Shown: in pieces, positions 1-9,057 of the stretch
Layout: each line of letters begins with the position of its first letter
How positions within the stretch are numbered: the stretch's first letter is position 1
Virus record (IMG/VR): IMGVR_UViG_3300009103_000082
Span: 1 to 37,078 of that record
Origin: a virus
Taxonomy: Duplodnaviria; Caudoviricetes
Direction: 5' to 3' (one strand)
Length of the DNA: 37,078 bases
Notes under the pieces: generated by a model
Database searches by the model: none
Seen by the model: only the letters and a program-made list of their open reading frames with translations
What the model was told of the DNA's origin: nothing
Translations under genes and position numbers: made by a program

Positions 1-119
1 ACACCTTCATGGCGCTTGAGTTGTTCTATGAGTTTTTCCATACCGTTAATTTCCATTGTGGCTAGACCCGAAGTAGAAACTGGCGATACCGCTAACCAAG
101 CCCCCAAGATAACCGAGAA
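1..119. repeat. Terminal direct repeat (119 bp), copy 1; circular-assembly overlap
   Basis: 1-119 is identical to 36960-37078 and falls across the holin/lysozyme gene junction, so the genome closes into a ~36,959-bp circle. Confidence 0.97.
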
Positions 120-513
120 CAAGGTTGACAATGGCGTCATCATTGCTTTCAGGCGCTTGCAGCGTAACCATAAATATATACGCCAAAAACCCAAGCATTG
201 CCATAACTGCAATGACTTTAGGCGTAGGGTCTTTCGCAAATTTATCTCTTGCGTCCTGCCTATCCTCTGTCTCAAGCCTGAACCCCTCAATATTCGCAGT
301 GAGCTTTTTTATCTCTAATTCTGCGTCTTGCAAGATTTCTGCTTTTTCTGGCTCTCGTTCTACAACTTCTTCTATTTGTTCTATGCTAGAGGTTTCATCC
401 ATTCCTAGCTTTTTAGCTGCTAATTTAACTGCCACTCCAGCGATAGGATTACTGCTGGCTACTGTTTTCACCAGCGTAGGAGCTAATGCTCCCAGAATCC
501 CTTTAAGTTTCAT
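46..513 (-). CDS. Probable holin (3-TM, GTA-holin-like)
   Basis: 155 aa; C-terminal hydrophobic helices (VIAVMAMLGFLAYIFMVTL; IVNLVLGYLGGLVSGIASFYFGSS); the 'EDRQDAR' and 'FYFGSS' motifs are typical of this family; directly upstream of the lysozyme across the junction. Confidence 0.7.
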   Translation of the reverse strand: MKLKGILGALAPTLVKTVASSNPIAGVAVKLAAKKLGMDETSSIEQIEEVVEREPEKAEILQDAELEIKKLTANIEGFRLETEDRQDARDKFAKDPTPKVIAVMAMLGFLAYIFMVTLQAPESNDDAIVNLVLGYLGGLVSGIASFYFGSSHNGN

Positions 514-542
514 ACAAAATCAACCATAACTTTATTAACGCC

Positions 543-782
543 TCAAGATTCCGAATCACTTTTGTCGGTTGCATCAGCGTTTTCCTCCGCAACAATCTCG
601 TCAATAGTGTCGCAAGCATCCGGTATCGCTATACCTGTGGTAACTTCAGTAGCAACTCTGCCCACTGCACGGATTCCTTTGTAAAGTTCAGAGCAGTATA
701 ATTGCTTGTTAGCGATCATCTCTTCACTTACAGAACACCCCGATAATAAAAAAACAAATAATACTAAATATATTTTACGCAC
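543..782 (-). CDS. Small lipoprotein, possibly o-spanin-like
   Basis: 79 aa; MRK, hydrophobic stretch and lipobox LSGC; two further Cys; located in the lysis region. Confidence 0.6.
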   Translation of the reverse strand: MRKIYLVLFVFLLSGCSVSEEMIANKQLYCSELYKGIRAVGRVATEVTTGIAIPDACDTIDEIVAEENADATDKSDSES

Positions 783-1509
783 CTTTTAATCCTTCTTTTT
801 TCTTTGATTTTTCCCAATCAGTAAGAAAAACATCTAATGACTTCCTGTAACCCTTCATAAAATGGTCACTCAGCATTTCGTCTTTTTCAGACAAAAAGTC
901 ACTTTTCTTAAAATCTTTATCGGGGTTTATCCTGCAAGCACCATTATTTGCAAAATAAAGCTGATCTTGGCTGCATGACGCGCCATATAAGAGCCTTGGA
1001 ATGCGAGCCACTATATCACTACCATGCACTACAGAAACTTGGTTATCGAGCTGTAAGGGACGCTTAAAGCCTTTAAAAAAGGTATTTGGCTTCCCAAAGG
1101 TAACTAGGTTGAGATTTGAGTGCTTTTTATGGACTTTCGCTGCCGCCAGCTCTGCTAAAGCTCCTCCTAGGCTATGACCACAAAATAGAGTTCTCTTCTT
1201 ATAATCGAGTTTTTCTTCAATTTCTTTCCATATTGACTTTATAGCTATTCGGAATCCTCCATGACAGAGCCTTCCAGCCCAAGGAAGAGGAACAACAAAT
1301 GCGTCAGTTAAGGCATCTTGCCCTTCTGCTGTTCCTCTGAACGCTATAATATCTATGGTTTTCCTTCTGACAAAGAAGGCAGTTGTACTTGTTAGTTTAG
1401 ATTCTATCTTTTCGGCATCTTTGTTCTGGTCTTTATAGGCTTTAATTGCCCATCCGCAGGCAACATTTAATAAAACGGGATCGACATTCATGTTATTACT
1501 CGCTGTCAT
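775..1509 (-). CDS. Lipase class 3 (alpha/beta hydrolase)
   Basis: Motifs IAFRGT, CHGGF, nucleophile elbow GHSLGG, TFGKP, DIVARIP (catalytic Asp) and DHFM (catalytic His). Confidence 0.9.
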   Translation of the reverse strand: MTASNNMNVDPVLLNVACGWAIKAYKDQNKDAEKIESKLTSTTAFFVRRKTIDIIAFRGTAEGQDALTDAFVVPLPWAGRLCHGGFRIAIKSIWKEIEEKLDYKKRTLFCGHSLGGALAELAAAKVHKKHSNLNLVTFGKPNTFFKGFKRPLQLDNQVSVVHGSDIVARIPRLLYGASCSQDQLYFANNGACRINPDKDFKKSDFLSEKDEMLSDHFMKGYRKSLDVFLTDWEKSKKKEGLKGA

Positions 1510-2044
1510 TAAGAGGATTATCTAGCATTTGTTGTATTCTATTCTCTAGTTCTTCTCTAATCTCACGCAGCTCAACATCAACTTCTCTGAGAGTGTCATT
1601 TACCCTCTCTTCCAGAGCATATACATCATCGCGCAATTCTCTAGTGGTATTAGCCACAGCATCTTCTGCAATTCTAGCAATACTTTCGGTTTGACGCACA
1701 TCGGCTTCAATCGTGTCTATTTGGTCATTAACATTACTCAGCACCCTTTCAAGCTGATTCTCAACACCTTCGGTTTCTGCCCGTAATGACTCTTCAACGG
1801 TATCGAGTATTCGGTCTTGGTCGGTAAGCCGTGACTGCAACACTGCCAAGGCTTCATCATAACCGGAAAAATCAGGACTGACGTACTCCGTAATAGCTGT
1901 TTCCGCGTCTATAAGTCGTTGATATACCTCAAAACCTCCCCACATTGCACCACCCAAAGTCCCTAAAAGGGGGACAATTAGCAGTAATTTACTGCCTGAG
2001 AAGGTTGCTCCAGCAAATTCAATTTCAGTCTTATCATCGGTCAT
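1496..2044 (-). CDS. Single-TM coiled-coil membrane protein, possibly i-spanin-like
   Basis: 182 aa; N-terminal TM (LLLIVPLLGTLGGAMWGGF) followed by a long heptad-rich helical region; overlaps its neighbours as in an operon. Confidence 0.6.
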   Translation of the reverse strand: MTDDKTEIEFAGATFSGSKLLLIVPLLGTLGGAMWGGFEVYQRLIDAETAITEYVSPDFSGYDEALAVLQSRLTDQDRILDTVEESLRAETEGVENQLERVLSNVNDQIDTIEADVRQTESIARIAEDAVANTTRELRDDVYALEERVNDTLREVDVELREIREELENRIQQMLDNPLNDSE

Positions 2045-4463
2045 ATTGCTGTCCTACTAAATCCTGGTATGTCTGTGCGCCTTGCCCTTGTAACGCCCTG
2101 ACATTGCCGTCTACTGGCACATTTCCACCGTATATTTCTCTGTCCTGATACCATTGTTGCTGGTCAACTAAATTGATGTTATAGGCTTCCATTCCCTGAA
2201 CTCTGCCCATTAAAAGAATTGTTAGGCTTTGATCCTCAAATCCACCGGAGTCCTGTATGCCCTCCAGTTGAGCTTCTTGAGCCTCTTCTATCTCTGCATC
2301 GCTCATGCTCTCAATGGCATTTTCAGCCCTGCGAACCGTTTGTTGCTCTTCTACACTCGGCGGTGCAACGTCAAACTGCCCGAAATCCGGTAGCTGGTTA
2401 GAAAGAAACTGCCCTATAGTCTGCCCTGTTGCTATGGCATCGTTAAAGTCCTGCTCAAACTGCATCTCTGTTACTGATGCACTTAGCTCCTGCATGACTT
2501 CAACCTCTTCAGAAGGTGTCTCTTCGGCGCTTTGAGTACCTATCTGATTAAAATTCTGTACTGGGCCTGTGGAAACAATGCCCTGAATCACCTCTATTTC
2601 AGGCTCAAAGCCTCCTGTATCACCAAATACATCAGTGAAGCCTCCGGTATCCATGCTCTGCTGTATGTCGGTCTGACCGAGTTGAGCAAGCTGCATAGAG
2701 CCTGAATCAAACACAATTCCTACTTCTGCCAGTGCCGCTGTCTGAGTTTCGTCAATAGCTTCACTTGCAAAACTAATGTCCGAAAAAGCAGTTTCAGTGG
2801 TAGGAGTGAGAGAAAACGTACCTTGCGAAAAAGCCTGAGTTGAAATAGTAGGCATAACAGAGGTTTCAGCTACGATACCTAATGCCAATTTCGTAATGTC
2901 CACTCCTCGCCTTTCTGGTTCTGCTACCTCCAGGATTGCCCTCTCTTCGGCAATCACCGCTTCAGGCTCTGCCACTTCTTCCTCCACCTCTAGTATAGAC
3001 TCTTCGGCTATCTGAACCTGCGATTCTTCTACAAGCCGCTGCTCTTCAACTCTTTCTTCTTCTATCCGCTGCTCTTCCTGAGCTTCAGATTCTTCTACAA
3101 TTATCTCTTCAAAAACCTCTTCCGGTTCTTCAAAAACTTCCTCGACTACAGCTACTTCTTCAAAGGCTTCTACAATTGTTTCCTCAAAAACCTCCTCAAA
3201 AACCTCTTCCTCAAAAGGTTCCCCCTCAATTACTGGGAGATCAGAAAATTCATCCATTCCATCATCATCAGAAAAGCCAGAATCATCCCCAGAAAGTAGA
3301 TTGTCATTAACCATAACAACAGCAGCACCCATCCAAGTATCTTCTTGATCCGATCCATCTAAGCTATACCCATTAGAGCCATCATCATAGGTGTCATCGC
3401 CGGAGTCGTACTCCACTACATCAATTTCTACAACGTAGTAATCAGTGAGGTCATCATCGTCCACAAAATAATAGTCAGAGACATCATCGCCATCCACAAC
3501 GTCCGTGTAGTCATCAGCCACCGTTGCTACAAAGGTTGCCTCCCAGTACCCATCACAAGAAGGGTCATAGGTGGCATCTAATCCACATTGTTGCGCCAGA
3601 TAGGCTGCCGCATAACCAGTACACTCTGAGTTGTACAACGCACTGATTCCACACTGTTGGGCTAGATAAGCAGCCGCATAACCACTACAGGCAGAGTCGT
3701 ATAACGCGCTAATGCCGCATTGTTGGGCAAGGTAGGCTGCTGCATAACCGGAGCATGACGTACTGTATAGCGGATTAGCATTACACAGCTCCGTTAGAGA
3801 AGCGGAATATAGCGACCCACCCCCTTCCAGCACATTTCCGCTGAAACTTGCATCAAACGAATCCCAGTTATTATGTCCTCCAGTGCCATCATCAAAATAC
3901 CGGAAAGTCTTATGCACAGAGCTGGTGTGCTGTTCTCCGATTAAGACATCATGTTTAATAATATCCAGCGCACCATAGCGGTACTCGTAAGTGTCATTCG
4001 CCCATAAAATAGCCTCAAAGTTATTGCTGCCTCGGTGATTTGGATAGGAATACTCTTTCATCCCATACCAACCGAACACAACGTAATCATCAAAAGACTT
4101 AAACAGCATCTTACTGCTGTTGTTTCGTATTAAATCAGTCCAAAAGGGATACAGTGTTTCATCCCTGTACGGCAACGGCTGCGGAGTGTAATCACTACAG
4201 TTAAGCCCTGAAAAGTTGACACAGCCATTAGTGGACATTTTTGCCTTTCTATAAGTATTACCCCAGAGGTCAAAGTCAAATCCAAAATCTGGACTCCAGC
4301 CTGAGATGCAATCATCACAAGCGTTCATGTTGGTAGTCCCAGACATTCCCGACAGGTTTATAAGCGCCTGAGAGCCTTCATAGATATACGCAGTTGGATC
4401 GCTCGTGCTTGCGCCATAGGCAGTAGAGCAAAACAGTAAGGCTACTAACCACCTCATCAGCAA
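2034..4463 (-). CDS. Large exported acidic protein with a nidogen/NIDO-like N-terminal domain and Cys-containing repeats
   Basis: 809 aa; signal peptide MRWLVALLFCSTAYG; FGFDFDLWG..STNGCVNF..LYPFWTDL pattern; four 22-aa Cys repeats (CSGYAAAYLAQQCG); long D/E-rich region. Confidence 0.65.
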   Translation of the reverse strand: MLMRWLVALLFCSTAYGASTSDPTAYIYEGSQALINLSGMSGTTNMNACDDCISGWSPDFGFDFDLWGNTYRKAKMSTNGCVNFSGLNCSDYTPQPLPYRDETLYPFWTDLIRNNSSKMLFKSFDDYVVFGWYGMKEYSYPNHRGSNNFEAILWANDTYEYRYGALDIIKHDVLIGEQHTSSVHKTFRYFDDGTGGHNNWDSFDASFSGNVLEGGGSLYSASLTELCNANPLYSTSCSGYAAAYLAQQCGISALYDSACSGYAAAYLAQQCGISALYNSECTGYAAAYLAQQCGLDATYDPSCDGYWEATFVATVADDYTDVVDGDDVSDYYFVDDDDLTDYYVVEIDVVEYDSGDDTYDDGSNGYSLDGSDQEDTWMGAAVVMVNDNLLSGDDSGFSDDDGMDEFSDLPVIEGEPFEEEVFEEVFEETIVEAFEEVAVVEEVFEEPEEVFEEIIVEESEAQEEQRIEEERVEEQRLVEESQVQIAEESILEVEEEVAEPEAVIAEERAILEVAEPERRGVDITKLALGIVAETSVMPTISTQAFSQGTFSLTPTTETAFSDISFASEAIDETQTAALAEVGIVFDSGSMQLAQLGQTDIQQSMDTGGFTDVFGDTGGFEPEIEVIQGIVSTGPVQNFNQIGTQSAEETPSEEVEVMQELSASVTEMQFEQDFNDAIATGQTIGQFLSNQLPDFGQFDVAPPSVEEQQTVRRAENAIESMSDAEIEEAQEAQLEGIQDSGGFEDQSLTILLMGRVQGMEAYNINLVDQQQWYQDREIYGGNVPVDGNVRALQGQGAQTYQDLVGQQYDR

Positions 4464-5632
4464 CGTCTCCTGTGGGGCTGACAGTTGCGCCTGTTGCTTG
4501 ACCTGCTTTCATTTTCCTTTACCTCTTCTTCTGCTTCTGCTTCGTCCCATGCAATTTGAGCCTCTGCGCCAATCAATCCCTCGTAAGGACAGGGAGTGCC
4601 TGCCATACGCATAGCGTCAAAAACACGCTGGTCTTGGCACATCAGGCTCACAGCAGCCACACGCATCCCCATATCGTAAAGCGTCTTGCCTAGTTTAATC
4701 CTTTCACAGTTTTCATCGGTAATAGACCTGCCACCAGAGAAGCCAAATATCTGGCTTTGCACTGCTCCTGAGATGCCAGTAGTACACAAATCCTGCGAGT
4801 AGCTAGACCCGATAGACGGAGCTATCGCGCTGGGTGGTGGTGACTCAATCCTCTGCGTCACCCTTTGCGTTGAGGTGCTTTGGCTGGTGTTGTTGTTTGT
4901 ATTCTGATTGATGTTGTTTGCAGAACTGCTTATCTCACTGGTGCTTTGGGAAACATCCTGCGAACTGGTGAAATTCGTATTCGTGTTATTGCTCGTTGAA
5001 TTTTGCGTTACGTCACTGGTGTTCTGATTAACATTCGTTGAATTACTGGTGTTGTTTATCGTGGATACATTAGTGCTGGTGGAGTTATTTGTATTGTTTG
5101 ATGTTGATACGCTGCTGGATGTTGAGTTATTCGTATTTGTGTTGTTTGACGTATTCAGATTGGTGTTCTGATTCGTATTTACTGATGTATTGCTCGTAGT
5201 CGTATTATTAATATTTGAGTTATTAGCAGTGACCGTAGTTGCGTTTTGGTTAATGTTCAGGCTGGTATTATTGTTGGTATTGGTATTGACGTTATTTGAA
5301 CTGCTGCTCGTCGTAACATTAGACGTGCTGTTATTGGTATTCAGATTCGTGTTCTGATTTACCGATGAACCAGTGTAATTAGTGGTGTTCTGGTTGGTAT
5401 TTTGATTGACGTTTGTTGAAGTCGAGGTATTCGTATTTGTCGATACGTTAGTATTCTGATTTACATTCTGGGATGAGCTGGTTGTCGTGTTGACGTTGGT
5501 ATTGGTCGTCGTCGCCGTCGTCGTAGACGTAATATCCGTATCGTTATCCGTATTCACATTGGTCGTAGTTGTCTCCTGCGCGAACACGGGAGAAGCCACC
5601 AGCAACAAGGCGCTGAAAAGTAATTTTTTCAT
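4457..5632 (-). CDS. Exported Asn/Thr/Ser-rich protein with a Cys-rich C-terminal domain
   Basis: 391 aa; signal peptide MKKLLFSALLLVASPVFA; ~240 aa of N/T/S low complexity; globular tail PPPSAIAP..DLC..NCERIKL..LMCQD..GTPCP. Confidence 0.7.
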   Translation of the reverse strand: MKKLLFSALLLVASPVFAQETTTTNVNTDNDTDITSTTTATTTNTNVNTTTSSSQNVNQNTNVSTNTNTSTSTNVNQNTNQNTTNYTGSSVNQNTNLNTNNSTSNVTTSSSSNNVNTNTNNNTSLNINQNATTVTANNSNINNTTTSNTSVNTNQNTNLNTSNNTNTNNSTSSSVSTSNNTNNSTSTNVSTINNTSNSTNVNQNTSDVTQNSTSNNTNTNFTSSQDVSQSTSEISSSANNINQNTNNNTSQSTSTQRVTQRIESPPPSAIAPSIGSSYSQDLCTTGISGAVQSQIFGFSGGRSITDENCERIKLGKTLYDMGMRVAAVSLMCQDQRVFDAMRMAGTPCPYEGLIGAEAQIAWDEAEAEEEVKENESRSSNRRNCQPHRRRC

Positions 5633-5658
5633 CGCTCACTATGACCTCCCCCTTACGA

Positions 5659-6051
5659 TTAGAGTGCGTCTAAATCAGCGTGGGTAGAACAGCCGTTAAT
5701 AGCCGCTATCTTTGAGTTCTTGGTAGTTTTAGCCGTTTCAACCGCTGCGGCATCACCCGATGCGCTATCCACTTCAAGCTGAGTCTGCTCGTTAGCTACT
5801 TGCTGATACTCAGCGTTAGCCTTACTAATCAGATTCGCTTTACGCTGGGCTACAGTCAAATCCTCCACACCGTAAACAATCTGCACCGGATCGGCACTCA
5901 GATCAAACGTATGGGCAGTATAGATTTGCTTGCCGTCAGTAATGTCAGGACGCACTTCAACGGCTGATTTCCAGCCAGCTTCCCCCTCAGGAGGCTGCGT
6001 ATCCCAAACCTGTGTTACTTCGTTATCTACAACTTTTACATATAGAGCCAT
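5659..6051 (-). CDS. Hypothetical protein, possibly a tail-fibre assembly chaperone
   Basis: 130 aa; GGAGG RBS; directly follows the RCC1 genes; helical C-terminus (KIAAINGCSTHADLDAL) resembles tail-fibre chaperones. Confidence 0.5.
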   Translation of the reverse strand: MALYVKVVDNEVTQVWDTQPPEGEAGWKSAVEVRPDITDGKQIYTAHTFDLSADPVQIVYGVEDLTVAQRKANLISKANAEYQQVANEQTQLEVDSASGDAAAVETAKTTKNSKIAAINGCSTHADLDAL

Positions 6052-6067
6052 AATAGCCTCCTGTTAA

Positions 6068-7288
6068 TTAAGGTGTTTTAATAAAATGGACTGTGGTAGA
6101 AGTATTCTGGTTGCCCAAAACACTCCAAGTAGTTAAAGCTCCGATTTGAACAGGAGAAGAGTAATCGGTGGTATTACCTTGCCCTAGTTGACCGCTGGCG
6201 TTCCTGCCCCAAGTCCATAGTGTCCCGTCAGTTTTAATGGCTTGCCCTGTTCTACTACCCCCTGCTACTTTGCTCCATGTTGTTAAAGCCCCTATTTGTA
6301 CAGGAGAGGAATAATAAGTGGTATTGTTTGTTCCAAGCTCGCCATAGGGATTGCCTCCCCAAGCCCACAGTGTGCCATCAGTTTTAAGAGCAAAGACCGA
6401 CCCTCCAACACTGTTAGCTATCGCTGACCAATTAGTTAGCCCCCCAACCTGAACAGGAGATGAAGTATTGGTGGTATTTCCTTGGCCCAACTGTCCTTGA
6501 GCATTATATCCCCACGCCCAAAGAGTGCCATCTGTTTTAAGGGACAGAGATGCGCTGCCTATAGCGGTTACTTTAGACCATGTAGCCAATGCGCCGACTT
6601 GTTTTGGTGAAGAATAGTTAGTCGTATTCCCTAAGCCTAATTGACCTGCGCTGTTAGCACCCCAAGACCATAAAGTCCCATCGGTTTTAACGGCCATCGC
6701 CATATTTTGCTCACCCCCACATACCTCTGCCCATGTGGTTAAAGCTCCGATTTGAACAGGAGAACTGCGATTGGTAGTATCCCCCTGCCCAAGTTGTCCA
6801 AAGTTATTCTGCCCCCAAGCCCATAAAGTCCCATCGGTTTTAACGGCAAAAGAGGAGCCGTACATACACGCTATCGTGAGCCAATTAGTCAGCGCTCCGA
6901 TTTGAACAGGAGAAGAAACGTCAGTAGTGTTCCCCTGACCTAGTTGACCAAAGTTATTTCTACCTGTAGCCCAAAGAGTCCCATCCGACTTCTTAAATAT
7001 AGAATGATAAGCTCCTCCGGCACTTGCGATCCAATCAGTAAGCGCACCTATTTGAACCGGAGAGGAACGGGCTGTCTCCGAACCATCCCCTATTGGCCCT
7101 TTCCAATTCGCACCTACACCCCAAAGCTCTCTGGGAATTAGAGGCTTAGGCCACAGACCTTGCTTCTCGTAATCTGCTGCCTGATCCAGCGTCCAGATAC
7201 CCGATGCACTGCCACCCTCACCGTCCGTAGGGCCAGTAACAGTAGGAGCAGTTTTGCTTATTACCCCTCCAGGCCACTTTCCGCTCAT
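6068..7288 (-). CDS. RCC1/BLIP-II repeat beta-propeller protein (putative tail-associated adhesin)
   Basis: Seven ~50-aa repeats KTDGTLWAWGxNxxGQLGQGNTTxxSSPVQIGALTTW. Confidence 0.9.
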   Translation of the reverse strand: MSGKWPGGVISKTAPTVTGPTDGEGGSASGIWTLDQAADYEKQGLWPKPLIPRELWGVGANWKGPIGDGSETARSSPVQIGALTDWIASAGGAYHSIFKKSDGTLWATGRNNFGQLGQGNTTDVSSPVQIGALTNWLTIACMYGSSFAVKTDGTLWAWGQNNFGQLGQGDTTNRSSPVQIGALTTWAEVCGGEQNMAMAVKTDGTLWSWGANSAGQLGLGNTTNYSSPKQVGALATWSKVTAIGSASLSLKTDGTLWAWGYNAQGQLGQGNTTNTSSPVQVGGLTNWSAIANSVGGSVFALKTDGTLWAWGGNPYGELGTNNTTYYSSPVQIGALTTWSKVAGGSRTGQAIKTDGTLWTWGRNASGQLGQGNTTDYSSPVQIGALTTWSVLGNQNTSTTVHFIKTP

Positions 7289-9057
7289 TTAACTCTCCGT
7301 AATGGTTGCTTCGTGTCGTTAAGGATTCTCTTGATTCTGGCAAAAGGAGCCTTCCAAGACCCGAATGTCTCTTGGCGCATTAATTTCATTGTATCGTAAT
7401 AAGGGCAGGTATAGCCCTCTTGTGCATATAAAAAGTAAGGCATGACAGGGGTAACAACCCAAGTCTCCACCCCCATCGCAGCCGCCAAATGACTGACCGA
7501 GGTACAGGAGGAGATCACCAGATCACATGAGGCAGTTGCCTGTCTAGTGTCTTCCCAAGTATCTAGGGGAACTTGTTCTACCCATTCTGGACAAGCCTCT
7601 GTTCCTTCATCACGCTGCAAAGAGATAAACTCCGCATCTACGTCTTTTACCGCATCAAACATCAATTCATAAGGGAACTTCTTGTGGTGTTCGTGTTCAA
7701 ACGCACTTTGCCCCTGCCAACGCAGACCAATCCGCTTACGGTAGCCTTTAATAGTTTTTGGTTTGGTAATGTAGGCTTCACCCGTCAGGTCTTCTAGCTC
7801 AAACCCAAGAGGTACAACCGCCGACATACCCTGTACATAAAAGTCATGGTAAGTCCCAAAACACGCTTCATGCTGAACAACAGAGCTTACGCCCTCCACA
7901 TCAACGAACAAGGATGCAAGTTGACCAGAACAACCTACGACTACTTTACATCCACGCTCGGCAATAGGCTTGGCATACCGCACCTGATGGATTTGATCGC
8001 CCAGACCACCCTCCAGATACAACAGCACAGTGCCTTTAGTCTTGCCATCCCACGGCCCAGTAGGTGCATCAGGAATAGTATTCCCAAATACTCCCTCTAT
8101 TCGACCACGATCCATTAACTGATAACCTTTCTGTATCTCTCCCTGACGCAACAAGTACCACCCTCGGTTGTAAGCCGCCCGATGATTGTTAGGCTCATCC
8201 TGCTCCAGCTTCTTACTCAAACGCCAGCCTTCGGTAAAGTTACCCATCTTCGATGCAGTTAACTGAAGGTCGAGATCATGCAATTCAGGAGTTGTGCGGG
8301 GTTTATCCAGCCAAAACTCAGGCTGACAAAAGGTAGTGTAATGATGCTTTAGTACGTCTTTGGGGTCTTCGCTATGCTGTTTCGCAAGCACACGCTGAAT
8401 ATCGTGCATTCCTTCGTAACCGTGCAGCTCCTCGTCATCTTCCTGAACGCTAGTGCCATCAATGGCTGTAAAGTCATACTCGAAATCAGGTAGGTCTAAA
8501 AATTCGTGTATACGATCAAGCTGTGCTTTTGGATCAGCCACAAGGTCTTCATATTCCACTATGCAAAAGCACTCAGGCGCAAACTCATAGCCCGTTTGCA
8601 GGGAAATGTATGCCGCCTTGAGATGGGTACTAAGTATTCCAGAATAGATAAACTCGTCCAGATCGTCCGGTTTAGCCACACGCACAAAAGAAGCCATGCA
8701 GTCAGGTATAGAACGCACTGTAGCGATAATCTTGGGCTTTTCCCCAAGTACCTGTGTCATTGCACTGAGAATTTGAGGGATAGGCCAGCCTCGGCCCTTG
8801 TCTATAATGACAGGCTCCTCAACATCTTCGTAGAACGTGTCAACCACCGCACCCATAGTCTGAGCCAGTTTGGTTCGCTCCTTGTCGTTATCGCCAAGAA
8901 GTTTTTGTGAATGCCAGACATTAGCCAGCGCATCCAAAGCAAATACCACACCTGACGTTGTAGAAACATGGGTCTGTTTGTTCTGATTGAGTATAGCCGC
9001 CAGTACCGTAGAACCGGAGCGAGGTACACCTGACATAAAATGTATTTGTTTTTTCAT
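7285..9057 (-). CDS. Sulfotransferase - TPR - glycosyltransferase (GT9-like) fusion
   Basis: N-terminal PAPS loop SGVPRSGST, RSIPDCMAS and YEDLVADP; central TPR-like EPNNHRAAYNRGWYLL; C-terminal EGGLGDQI..IGLRWQG..FISLQ..CDLVISSCTSVSHLAAAMG. Confidence 0.85.
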   Translation of the reverse strand: MKKQIHFMSGVPRSGSTVLAAILNQNKQTHVSTTSGVVFALDALANVWHSQKLLGDNDKERTKLAQTMGAVVDTFYEDVEEPVIIDKGRGWPIPQILSAMTQVLGEKPKIIATVRSIPDCMASFVRVAKPDDLDEFIYSGILSTHLKAAYISLQTGYEFAPECFCIVEYEDLVADPKAQLDRIHEFLDLPDFEYDFTAIDGTSVQEDDEELHGYEGMHDIQRVLAKQHSEDPKDVLKHHYTTFCQPEFWLDKPRTTPELHDLDLQLTASKMGNFTEGWRLSKKLEQDEPNNHRAAYNRGWYLLRQGEIQKGYQLMDRGRIEGVFGNTIPDAPTGPWDGKTKGTVLLYLEGGLGDQIHQVRYAKPIAERGCKVVVGCSGQLASLFVDVEGVSSVVQHEACFGTYHDFYVQGMSAVVPLGFELEDLTGEAYITKPKTIKGYRKRIGLRWQGQSAFEHEHHKKFPYELMFDAVKDVDAEFISLQRDEGTEACPEWVEQVPLDTWEDTRQATASCDLVISSCTSVSHLAAAMGVETWVVTPVMPYFLYAQEGYTCPYYDTMKLMRQETFGSWKAPFARIKRILNDTKQPLRRVK

